IMG/VR virus record: IMGVR_UViG_3300034418_011473
Coordinates: 1-64,000 of that record
Origin: a virus
DNA: 64,000 bases
Reading direction: 5' to 3' (one strand)
Position numbers and translations under genes: made by a program. Below are positions 10,144-19,600 of the stretch, one piece after another. Numbering within the stretch: the first letter of the stretch is position 1; the number at the start of each line of letters is the position of its first letter. The notes under the pieces were generated by a model. That model worked only from the letters and a program-made list of their open reading frames with translations, made no database searches and had not been told where the DNA came from.

Positions 10144-11058
10144 ATGAAAGAGACACCATCTCAGTTGCCTATTCCGGCATTCGTTATGAATTTTCCCTTC
10201 ACTCTAGACACAAAAGTTCCAAATAATATTTGGATGCAAGAGTTAGAAGAAGAAGCACTTAAAATAAATAAAGGAGTTGCTTATCGTCAATTTTTAGATC
10301 TATATCAATTTGTAGCTGGTAACGGATTAGTTTGTAATTTACCTTCTAAAGGAGATTACCAAGATTTAGTTTATGTAGCTAATTTAGGTATTTACCTTCC
10401 TCATATTAAGGACTCAAATAACATCATATTATCCAACTTTACTTCAGAACCACGCCAAGGTGAAGAAGAAGTAGGTAAGCCATTTTTTGAATTAATGGGT
10501 TATAATGTTCATATGTGTCCTTTTAAGTGGGAAGGAGAAGCCGACCTAAAATACCTTTACGATAATGTTTATATAGGAGGATATGGAATCCGTTCAGATA
10601 TTAAAGCATATGAATGGATGGAAGAAAACTTTGATATGAAAATTATTAAAGTTGAAATGGTTGATGATTATTTATACCATTTAGATTGTTCTATTTTCCC
10701 GTTGACTAAAGACAAAACATTAATTTGCACGGAACTCTTCAACGAAGATGAATTAGCGCAATTATCACAATATACTGAAGTAATAGACGTAGATGTTGAG
10801 GACGCTCTCAATGGGATAACCAACTCAGTTCGTTTAGGTAATACTATGTTGTGCGCTTCTAACATTTCTGAGATGACTAGAGCAGATGAAAATTATGAAG
10901 CCGAAAAACATAAAATAGAAAGCCTAGAAAAAATATGCTTTAACGAAGGACTTGAACCTGTATTCTTTAACTTATCAGAATATATGAAATCAGGTGCTAT
11001 GTTAAGTTGTATGATGATGCATTTGAACTATGTTGATCAAACTAAATCTCTTCTCTAA
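10144..11058 (+). CDS. amidinotransferase/pentein-fold enzyme (DDAH/ArgZ arginine-dihydrolase-like)
   Basis: DLVYVANLG, RQGEE, WEGEADL, GYGIRSD, YHLDC and SEYMKSGAMLSC, giving a Glu-His-Cys triad pattern. Confidence 0.85.
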   Translation: MKETPSQLPIPAFVMNFPFTLDTKVPNNIWMQELEEEALKINKGVAYRQFLDLYQFVAGNGLVCNLPSKGDYQDLVYVANLGIYLPHIKDSNNIILSNFTSEPRQGEEEVGKPFFELMGYNVHMCPFKWEGEADLKYLYDNVYIGGYGIRSDIKAYEWMEENFDMKIIKVEMVDDYLYHLDCSIFPLTKDKTLICTELFNEDELAQLSQYTEVIDVDVEDALNGITNSVRLGNTMLCASNISEMTRADENYEAEKHKIESLEKICFNEGLEPVFFNLSEYMKSGAMLSCMMMHLNYVDQTKSLL

Positions 11059-11807
11059 TGGCACAATATCTTGAAGATTGGTTAGACGGAGAAGTAGCAG
11101 AACTCTCAAAATTAGAAGTAGGTGAATTATCTAATACCTTCTTTTTTAGAGACCCAATGCGTCCCAACTATATAGATTACAAACATTTTTACTCCCCAGC
11201 TGATGGTACAATTTTATACCAAAAAGTTGTACAAAATGCTGACGAACCTATAGTAGAAATAAAAGGTATGAATTATACCATCCAAGATGTACTTGGAGAT
11301 AAAACATACAATAAACCATCATTAGTGATTGGCATATTTATGTCATTTTATGATGTTCATATAAATAGAATACCATATGCTGGTATATTACAATATAAAG
11401 GTTTAGATCCTATAGAATCCACTAACAAACCTATGTTAGCTATAGAAAAGGATATTTTAAATGCAGCTATTAACCCTAATAATTTAGAATATCTCAAGTA
11501 TAACGAAAGAATGTGGAATAAAATTTATTCCCCTCAGTTAGATTACACTTATTATTTAATACAAATTGCAGATGAAGACGTAAACGTCATAGCCCCTTTC
11601 ATTAATGATCAGAATTCCCCTGTATCACAAAATGAACGTTTCTCACTTATAAGATGGGGTTCGCAAGTTGATTTAGTTCTTCCACTCGATGAAAGATACG
11701 ATTTTGACCTTGTCTTAGAAGATGAAATGCATGTGAACGCAGGATTAGACAAACTAGTTAAAATTAATTTTAGAAATGACCCATTTCAATACCACTCCCG
11801 AAGCTGA
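11058..11807 (+). CDS. phosphatidylserine-decarboxylase-family pyruvoyl enzyme
   Basis: FFFRDP, SPADG, IFMSFYDVHINRIP and IRWGSQVDL (GS autocleavage site); no obvious N-terminal membrane anchor. Confidence 0.85.
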   Translation: MAQYLEDWLDGEVAELSKLEVGELSNTFFFRDPMRPNYIDYKHFYSPADGTILYQKVVQNADEPIVEIKGMNYTIQDVLGDKTYNKPSLVIGIFMSFYDVHINRIPYAGILQYKGLDPIESTNKPMLAIEKDILNAAINPNNLEYLKYNERMWNKIYSPQLDYTYYLIQIADEDVNVIAPFINDQNSPVSQNERFSLIRWGSQVDLVLPLDERYDFDLVLEDEMHVNAGLDKLVKINFRNDPFQYHSRS

Positions 11808-12474
11808 AGAAATCTTTAGAGGGAAAAAAATAGTGAAGAATCCAATAAAATTTAAAGTCCAACTTAACGACGAACAAAAAGAAGCAAAACAATTAATATT
11901 AGATAATACAATTACTATGTTAGCTGGACAAGCAGGTTCTGGTAAAACTTTATTAGCATGTCAAGTAGCTTTAGATGGTCTTATTAGAAGAGTATACCAA
12001 AAAGTAATAATTACTCGCCCTACTGTATCAAAAGAAGATATAGGATTTCTCCCAGGTGATTTAAGAGAAAAAATGGACCCTTGGGTGCAACCAATTTATC
12101 AAAATTTCTTTACTTTATATGATAAAGCTAAAGTTGAAAAATTTATAAAAGATGGTTTAATAGAAATTGTACCTGTATCATTTATGAGGGGTAGAACATT
12201 TTTAGATTCGTGTGTTATTGTAGACGAAGCACAAAACGTAACTCATGAACAAATGGAAATGATTGTAACCCGTTTAGGTTTACGTTCCAAAATGATGATA
12301 TGTGGAGACCAACACCAAACAGATCTAAAGAAAAAATCAGATTCTGGATTTAAATTTTTATATAAAGCATCTCGTAAAATTAAAAATTTAGAAGCAATTA
12401 CACTTACTTCAAATCATCGTAATGAAATTGTAGAAGATTTAAGAAATTACTATAACGATAACCAAATTTATTAA
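11776..12474 (+). CDS. phoH: PhoH-family ATPase
   Basis: GQAGSGKT, IGFLPG, FMRGRTF, IVDEAQN, TRLG, GD..QTD. Confidence 0.95.
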   Translation: MTHFNTTPEAEEIFRGKKIVKNPIKFKVQLNDEQKEAKQLILDNTITMLAGQAGSGKTLLACQVALDGLIRRVYQKVIITRPTVSKEDIGFLPGDLREKMDPWVQPIYQNFFTLYDKAKVEKFIKDGLIEIVPVSFMRGRTFLDSCVIVDEAQNVTHEQMEMIVTRLGLRSKMMICGDQHQTDLKKKSDSGFKFLYKASRKIKNLEAITLTSNHRNEIVEDLRNYYNDNQIY

Positions 12475-12476
12475 AA

Positions 12477-12794
12477 ATGGCTAAACGTACACCTTTTGAA
12501 TGGGGAAATGCTAACTTTGCTTGGGATAAAAATCCCTTTGGAGCAAGGCAAAGTACCAACCCATTCACTTGGGATGATTGTGCGTTAGTTGAAGAAGTTG
12601 TAAAAGCCGGAAAGGCATATGGTGATGTCTTTAAAGACGAAAAAAAGAAAAAACGTTTTATAAAACTTATATGTCAAATAGAGGGCGTAGAATACAAAGA
12701 AACCAAAGAAGTCAAGGAAAGGCAAATACGTATCACGGACGTAGCATTGGTTGCTAAGGAAGTATTAGGAATTGACATAAAAATAGACGTGTAA
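12477..12794 (+). CDS. hypothetical protein
   Basis: N-terminal (N)PFxW-type aromatic repeats; coupled to its neighbours. Confidence 0.6.
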   Translation: MAKRTPFEWGNANFAWDKNPFGARQSTNPFTWDDCALVEEVVKAGKAYGDVFKDEKKKKRFIKLICQIEGVEYKETKEVKERQIRITDVALVAKEVLGIDIKIDV

Positions 12795-13366
12795 TGTATA
12801 AATTATTTACAGATAAAACTGAACTCTTTGAGTGTAATATAAAATTAGAGGGTGCCTCACTAAAAAATAGTAGAGCACGTCTATTAGTAGAATCTGAAGA
12901 TTTAAATCTTGTCTTTAATGGCACCATTAGCTCTACAGGTAAATGTCAAATTCCTATTAAAAAATTAAAAGGATTATTAGATGAAAGTGTTGAAGGTAAT
13001 TTAAAATTAGAAGTAATTGCTGAAGACACTTATTTTACTCCTTGGGAATCTAAATTTACAGTAGACACTTCTAGAAAAGTTACGGTAGAAGTTAAGTCAC
13101 AACAAAATAACGAAATCTTAACCGAATCAAAACCTGAAGTTTCTGTAAGTAATGTTAAAAATAGCGTGTCTCTTCACGAAAGGGAACATATCATTACAAT
13201 ACTGCGAATGTTGATAAAGGAGGATATCAATTTAGATAACCTCTCTATTAAAAAGGATAAACTCAACAATCTTGTTGGTACTTACTTACGAAACAATGAA
13301 ATTACCCCTAACCAAAAGGAAAAAATTATTGAAGGAGTTTTAACAGGGTTGTCTAAAATAGGTTAA
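12794..13366 (+). CDS. hypothetical protein
   Basis: TAATG overlap; beta-rich N-terminal half. Confidence 0.65.
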   Translation: MYKLFTDKTELFECNIKLEGASLKNSRARLLVESEDLNLVFNGTISSTGKCQIPIKKLKGLLDESVEGNLKLEVIAEDTYFTPWESKFTVDTSRKVTVEVKSQQNNEILTESKPEVSVSNVKNSVSLHEREHIITILRMLIKEDINLDNLSIKKDKLNNLVGTYLRNNEITPNQKEKIIEGVLTGLSKIG

Positions 13367-13367
13367 G

Positions 13368-16300
13368 ATGGCACTACCTGATTTAACAGGGCAAAATATA
13401 GAAAATACGTACCAAAGGGTTATACAAACCGATGGTACAAATTTTTATGACGGAACAGGTTCTCTAGTTAATTTTGGAGGAGCTGTTTTCCCGTACACGG
13501 GCAGTGCTATAATCTCAGGAAGCCTTATAGTAACAGGCTCTACCGACATACAATACTTAACAGCTTCAGGACTTAATTATCCTGACACAGATGGAACTGA
13601 ATTTATGGTTCTTAGAACTGATGGGAATGGGAATCTCTCATTTGATTATTCAGATAGAACAAGTATTGAAGTAAGAACAATTGAAGCTGTAACTAAGGGA
13701 GACCCCTTAAGAGTTGTAGGATTTAACAATGGGCAAAATAGAGCTGAAGTTAGAAGAGCAGATGCTCTAAATCCCTCTTTAATGCCTTCATATGGTTTAG
13801 CTTATGAAACTGTAGGTGCTAATGTTAATACCCAAATGATAGCATTAGGAGCTTTAGATAATGTCAATACCCAAATAGCCCCTAATGATTTTCAAGAAAG
13901 TGATATACTCTATGTCCAGGTAGGTGGAGGCCTTACAAATGTAAAACCCACAGGAAGTGCCCTAATACAAAACGTTGGTAAAGTTGCAAGAAGACAACAA
14001 AATTCGGGAGAAATATTAGTATCAGCTATTGGTAGAAGCAATGATATTCCTAATATCCAACCGGGGTATGCTTGGGTTGGTAACGAAAATTGGGTTGCTA
14101 CTGCCGTTCCTACTTCGTCATTTAACGAAGACCCATTCCCATACACGGGAAGTGCCGCAATTAGCGGTAGTTTGGAAGTAACAGGAGATGTTACAATATA
14201 CGGCACTGCTTCTGTTAATGTATTGATAACAAATTATGAATCATCATCAATAATTTATTCATCTGGTTCAACTAAATTTGGTGACAGTTTAGATGATACC
14301 CATATATTCACAGGCAGTGTTAGTATTACGGGTAGTTTAGATGTAGACAATACAATTACTGCGGTAACAGGTTCGTTTTCACACCTTAAAGGAAATTCAC
14401 CTATAACTGTACAGGATTCTGTTACATTCCAAAGTGATATTACTGCGAGTGGAGATTTAAAAGTAGGATCATGGAAAATCCTTTCTTCTAGTAATTATAT
14501 AATTCCCGAAAGTGTAAGTGGAACTAACGGAAGTACATTTGTAATTCAAGGCCAAAGCTCTACTACAGGCACAGGAGGAGAACTTTTACTAAAAGGTGGA
14601 TATTCGGGAGGACCTCAAGCTGGGGCTAAACTTAGATTAGAAGGAGGAGATCCTTATGGTCAAATTCATGTAGGAAGATCGGGACAAACTGTTTATCTCA
14701 ATGCCGGGGGTCCCTATAGTGGACATGGAGCTATTTTCCAACAAAATGGACGTTACCTTAGATTTGGATGGAATACTACTCCAGGTATTCCTAATCCTTA
14801 TTTTAGGATAACAGGCACATCCTCTGATGGACTACACTTTGAATCTAATAAGTATTATCAATTTAGTAATAATACTATTATTAGTGGTTCTCTTACAGTA
14901 TCCCAATCAGTTAGCGCCTCCACATACTACGGCGACGGCTCCAATCTCACAGGTATAGATACTGACCCATTCCCATATACAGGAGATGTTATTATTACGG
15001 GTTCTAATTCTAATGCTGCTTCTGCTTCTTTAGAAATAGTTAATTCAAATGAATATCCCCTTCTATCTCTTAAAAATGATGGAACATTATCTTTGGGTCA
15101 TAACGTACTTAATACTACTACAGGCAATTTAAGGCTTATAAATAGAAGTGGAGATTCCTGGATGGGGGGTCAAAATTTATGGGGTAATATTAGTGCGGGT
15201 ATAATGATTCAATCTGAACCTACTAATCCTTTATATTTTAGAAATCTACTATTTTATGTAAAAAGTGATCAAGGTGCGGGTGCCGGAGTCGAAAAAATGA
15301 GATTCGACTACAATGGTAATTTAGGTATAGGAACCTCATCTCCCCAAGAACGCCTCCATGTAAATGGTAATGCTGTAATTACAGGCTCAAATTCACTAGC
15401 AGGTAATTATGCTCTCAAAGTAGCAAATAGTTCTGGTACTGATATACTAGCAGTTGAGAATGATGGTAATATTGGTATAGGAACAGATAATCCTTCTGCC
15501 CAACTCCATTTACAAGATGGTACTAGTAGATTTAGAATTAACACTACAGCCCATCAAATAGAAATGGGTACTGCTGGTATTTTCTTTAATACTCTTACCT
15601 TTGGCACAGGTACTATGACTTTAAATAATAGTGGTAACACAGGTAATGATACCTTTACAGCAGGACCTGGATATGTTGTTACTAATTTACTTAGGTCGGG
15701 TATAAATGGTAACCAATATTCTAAATTAACCCTAGAAAGTAGATATTATGGTATATCCACAGCTACTTCTGCTATGGATTTTAGGGTATTTGGAAGTGGT
15801 GGATCCTTAAATCAAACCCGTGTTGCTCTTTATAATGGGGATAATGGAGCGGTAATACTCCAACCAGGAACAGGTAACGTAGGTATTAGTACAAACTCTA
15901 CACCCCCTGAAAAACTCACAGTAGAAGGTAACGTTAGCGCCTCCACATACTACGGCGACGGCTCTAACCTCACAGGTATTGAAACCGATCCATTCCCATA
16001 TACAGGAAGTGCTATAATTAGTGGTTCACTTACATTAACAGGTAGTTTTAACGCTTTATTACCCACCTCCTCAACAGATACTTACTTTGTTACTTATAAT
16101 ACTTCTTCTTATGAATTAGAAGCTAGACAGGTAGCAACACTTATAAACCCTAAAGTTGAGTATTTAGATGTTACTGCTAGTATTTCTAGTGGTACTTCTA
16201 TAACATTACCTAATGGATTATCATACATATCATCATCAACTTATGAATACCTTGAAGTATTCTTTAATGGGTTAAGATTAAGGTATGATAGGGATTTTAT

Positions 16301-16382
16301 TCCTACATCAACAACAACAATTCAAAACCAAATAGCATTCCCTTCAGGAAGCGAGTTAACATTTAAATCATTGAAAGCATGA
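13368..16382 (+). CDS. modular virion fibre protein
   Basis: Repeated (DP)FPYTGSA.ISGSL and G.(L/I/V)GI(G/S)T fibre motifs; Gly/Ser/Thr-rich. Confidence 0.75.
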   Translation: MALPDLTGQNIENTYQRVIQTDGTNFYDGTGSLVNFGGAVFPYTGSAIISGSLIVTGSTDIQYLTASGLNYPDTDGTEFMVLRTDGNGNLSFDYSDRTSIEVRTIEAVTKGDPLRVVGFNNGQNRAEVRRADALNPSLMPSYGLAYETVGANVNTQMIALGALDNVNTQIAPNDFQESDILYVQVGGGLTNVKPTGSALIQNVGKVARRQQNSGEILVSAIGRSNDIPNIQPGYAWVGNENWVATAVPTSSFNEDPFPYTGSAAISGSLEVTGDVTIYGTASVNVLITNYESSSIIYSSGSTKFGDSLDDTHIFTGSVSITGSLDVDNTITAVTGSFSHLKGNSPITVQDSVTFQSDITASGDLKVGSWKILSSSNYIIPESVSGTNGSTFVIQGQSSTTGTGGELLLKGGYSGGPQAGAKLRLEGGDPYGQIHVGRSGQTVYLNAGGPYSGHGAIFQQNGRYLRFGWNTTPGIPNPYFRITGTSSDGLHFESNKYYQFSNNTIISGSLTVSQSVSASTYYGDGSNLTGIDTDPFPYTGDVIITGSNSNAASASLEIVNSNEYPLLSLKNDGTLSLGHNVLNTTTGNLRLINRSGDSWMGGQNLWGNISAGIMIQSEPTNPLYFRNLLFYVKSDQGAGAGVEKMRFDYNGNLGIGTSSPQERLHVNGNAVITGSNSLAGNYALKVANSSGTDILAVENDGNIGIGTDNPSAQLHLQDGTSRFRINTTAHQIEMGTAGIFFNTLTFGTGTMTLNNSGNTGNDTFTAGPGYVVTNLLRSGINGNQYSKLTLESRYYGISTATSAMDFRVFGSGGSLNQTRVALYNGDNGAVILQPGTGNVGISTNSTPPEKLTVEGNVSASTYYGDGSNLTGIETDPFPYTGSAIISGSLTLTGSFNALLPTSSTDTYFVTYNTSSYELEARQVATLINPKVEYLDVTASISSGTSITLPNGLSYISSSTYEYLEVFFNGLRLRYDRDFIPTSTTTIQNQIAFPSGSELTFKSLKA
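14910..16007 (+). repeat. 75-bp direct repeat pair (14910-14984 and 15933-16007)
   Basis: First 32 nt identical (GTTAGCGCCTCCACATACTACGGCGACGGCTC); 6 mismatches over 75 nt. Confidence 0.9.
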
Positions 16383-16687
16383 GTTTACACTTAAATCACT
16401 TTATTTCTACAGATCTATGGTTTTTATATGGTGCTATTATGGAGGGGAAAGTCCATTCATATAATAGAGAAACCCACATTGTAGATATAGAAGGTATAGA
16501 AGTTCCATATGATGAAACCAGAATAAATACTATTATTTTAGATATAGAATACGAACGAACTAGACTAACAGAAGAATATCAACAAAAAGACCCCCCTGAA
16601 GAGTTAGATCCAAATGTTTCAATGGTTTTAGATAGTATGATAGATGTTCTCAACATAATAAAAGATAGAATTTCATGGCTACCATAA
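16379..16687 (+). CDS. hypothetical protein
   Basis: Overlaps both neighbours. Confidence 0.55.
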   Translation: MSLHLNHFISTDLWFLYGAIMEGKVHSYNRETHIVDIEGIEVPYDETRINTIILDIEYERTRLTEEYQQKDPPEELDPNVSMVLDSMIDVLNIIKDRISWLP

Positions 16688-19600
16688 GATCAGTTTTTGC
16701 TCCTGGACAAACTTTTAATGTATTAGATCCTAATGCTTGGGTAGGAGGGGTAGTTCCTGGTCCTAATGATATAGCCCAAATAGGAGAAAATGGGGATTTT
16801 TACACGCGAATTAACATGCAGGGTTCTCCTTACAATATTAACGATGCCGAACTTAGCCATTTAAAACCTTGGACAGGAAGTATTGCTGAAATTAGGGTAG
16901 ATGATAATAACGTAGTTTGGAATGGCACTTACGAATTCCCAGATACTAATGGGAGTTTTTTAGTTTATCTGAATCGCAACTATTCAGAACTTAGGTGTCC
17001 TATTAAAATAGATTATGTAAGCAAATCATTAGCTAATGATGATTTCTTTTATACATGTAGTGTAGATTATTCTTATAATAACTGGGTTCACAAAGATAGA
17101 GCAATAGCAAATTTAAACCCTGAAGGATTTAATCAAGAAACAGTAGGCATAATTCAAGATGATTCTTATGTATTCCCACTAGAAACTAAATTTGAATTAA
17201 CAGGATCCGATACATGGCATGTTGGGCAAATTGAAACCTTAGAACGTTGTCATTTAACTATTAAAGGTAATTCTACATTATTATTAGATGGTACTACTGT
17301 TAACCCAAATGCTATATATAATAACCAAGATTCTTACCGAAATGTAGTTAGAATTATTGAAAATGCCACAGTAGAATTAACAGGAAGTGTCCAACGTGCT
17401 AGTAACCTTTTCTATTTCTACAATAGAGATGACTACCAGAGAATCCAAATCTCAGGAAGCGATACATGCCCCCATACTCTACTAAGTGAATCTGTTTCTT
17501 CTGGCTCTTCAACTATTACTATGGTAGATCCTACTAATTTTGGAGTCGGTAGTATAGTATCAATTGATAGCCCGGTTCAAATGGAATATGTTAATTCTTT
17601 AGCAAGCCAAAGTATGAACCCTTATGGTAGGTACTTTGATTATAGCCTTGACTCAGGTTCTTCAGCAGGCCCAGGATATTATGGTTTAACTAGAATTACT
17701 TCTAGTATGGAAAATGATGAGGTAGTTAGAGTAATATCTCAATCAGCCCCTAACGAATTTTTAGTTGTTAAATTATTTGGTAAGGAAGGTGAAATTATCC
17801 AAGATTTTGGAACATTTGATTACAATACATTTGTTGAAACCTTTAATGTTACCCCTGAAGTATTTAGTGGTAATAAGAGAGCAGTATTAGTTAGGTCATT
17901 ACATAATAATTTCCAAAAAGGAGAAATACTTGCAGTTAGCCGTTCTTTAGTAGCAGAATGTTTATACGCTGATTATTATCTTACTTCTTCCCAACATATA
18001 GACTTTACAACAGGCGATACATTAGAAGATAATTTAATATATAGTCCATATGTTTATAGTGGTTCATTTGTAGATACCACATTTAAAGCAGGGACTTATT
18101 ATAATGAGTACTACAGGTGGGAAAATAATTTGCTATATGGCCCCAGAACGGGCTCAAGTGGAGAAGTAACATCATCTGTTTATTTACGCACTGATAACGA
18201 TTATATCTATAATAATAATAGCCCACAGACCAGAGCCCAAGTAATGGTAAGTGGTTCATATTTTAAGGAGGGTGAAGTTACAGTCACATTTGATTATAAT
18301 CGAAACCTAACCGGTTCTTATGATACTGGTGCTAATTTAGAATTAAATATAGGATATTCCCAGGGAGCATACGCCGCATATAAAGGAACTAGCAGAATAA
18401 GAGGAATATTCCAACCTTGTAAAAAAATGTTCGCGGCTAGTAATTATATTAGTGTATTATGTAATGGACAAGTAGGTGATGGGTATGAGAGTAATATAGG
18501 AACAAATGAAGTTTTAGGTGAAAATAATCCTTCTAGTTTTGAATATAAAATTTCCCATAAAAAAGGTAGAACTGAGTTTTATGTAAATGGTGTTTTAGTT
18601 ACTACACAATTTGGTGAATCTAGCCTAGCTCCAATAATGTTAGGATTATATCGCTACGTTAACTTATATACTATAGATATAAAAGATTACCATCAATTAG
18701 TATTACTAGATACCGATGAAGCGGTTAATGTAGGAGATGAGATATTAGAAGGTGCTAGATTAGAATATGACCATTTTGAGGGCCAACGAGTTAGAACTAA
18801 TGCTAATTCTATTAAAGATATAAGAGGGCACCGAAATTTATTATATGATTGGTGGGATAAAAAAGGTCAAACCAAATTAATGCCATACCAACATGGATAT
18901 GTAAGTAACCGAAGTAATAAATATGATTATAATAATCTATATAGTGGAGATAGACTAGTTGGTGGAGAATTAATCCCAAATAACATAGGACCTGGAGCTA
19001 ACTCCCCCGGTGACTATTTTGACACTAGTATTACCCAAACTATAGTTTGGGATTTAATGACTGAGGTTGAGTTTGATAGTCTTTCTTTTAGGTACTACAA
19101 TGATTATGCCTATGACTATAATCAAATGAATGAACTTCAAATTGAAATTTCAAATGATATAGAAAATTGGACTACTGTATGGGGACCCTCACCTGATGGA
19201 AGGTATACTTCCCGTATAGCACAACGTAGGTATTTTGATTTCCCCAGTGGAAGTACTACAGCACGTTTTATCAGATTATCACTAAATGGCTCTACTAGAA
19301 GTGCTGGTGATAGTATTTTTGATTTAGGTATTTACCATTTTAATGGACAAGGAAATACCTTTGAATTATACGATGCTAGTATGTTTACTGTGGGGGACCA
19401 AATAGTATTTGCTAATCTAAAGGATGGGGGGTTTAGGGGCCAGCAAGAACAACAATATGATTGGTTAAGTTGGCAACTAGTACCTGGTGTTACCTCAGGA
19501 ACTACAACTAATGATGATGTTTGTGGTGGGTTAGAATTAAAATACACTATAACAGCAATTAATGGTAATATTATAACAGTAGATAGAAGAATAGCAAATA

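Noticed and set aside
11776-12474. PhoH and RNR as novel auxiliary genes
   Set aside because: Common in large aquatic phages, so reported only as features
14910-16007. Diversity-generating retroelement TR/VR pair
   Set aside because: Mismatches are at third codon positions and not adenine-specific; no reverse transcriptase in the window
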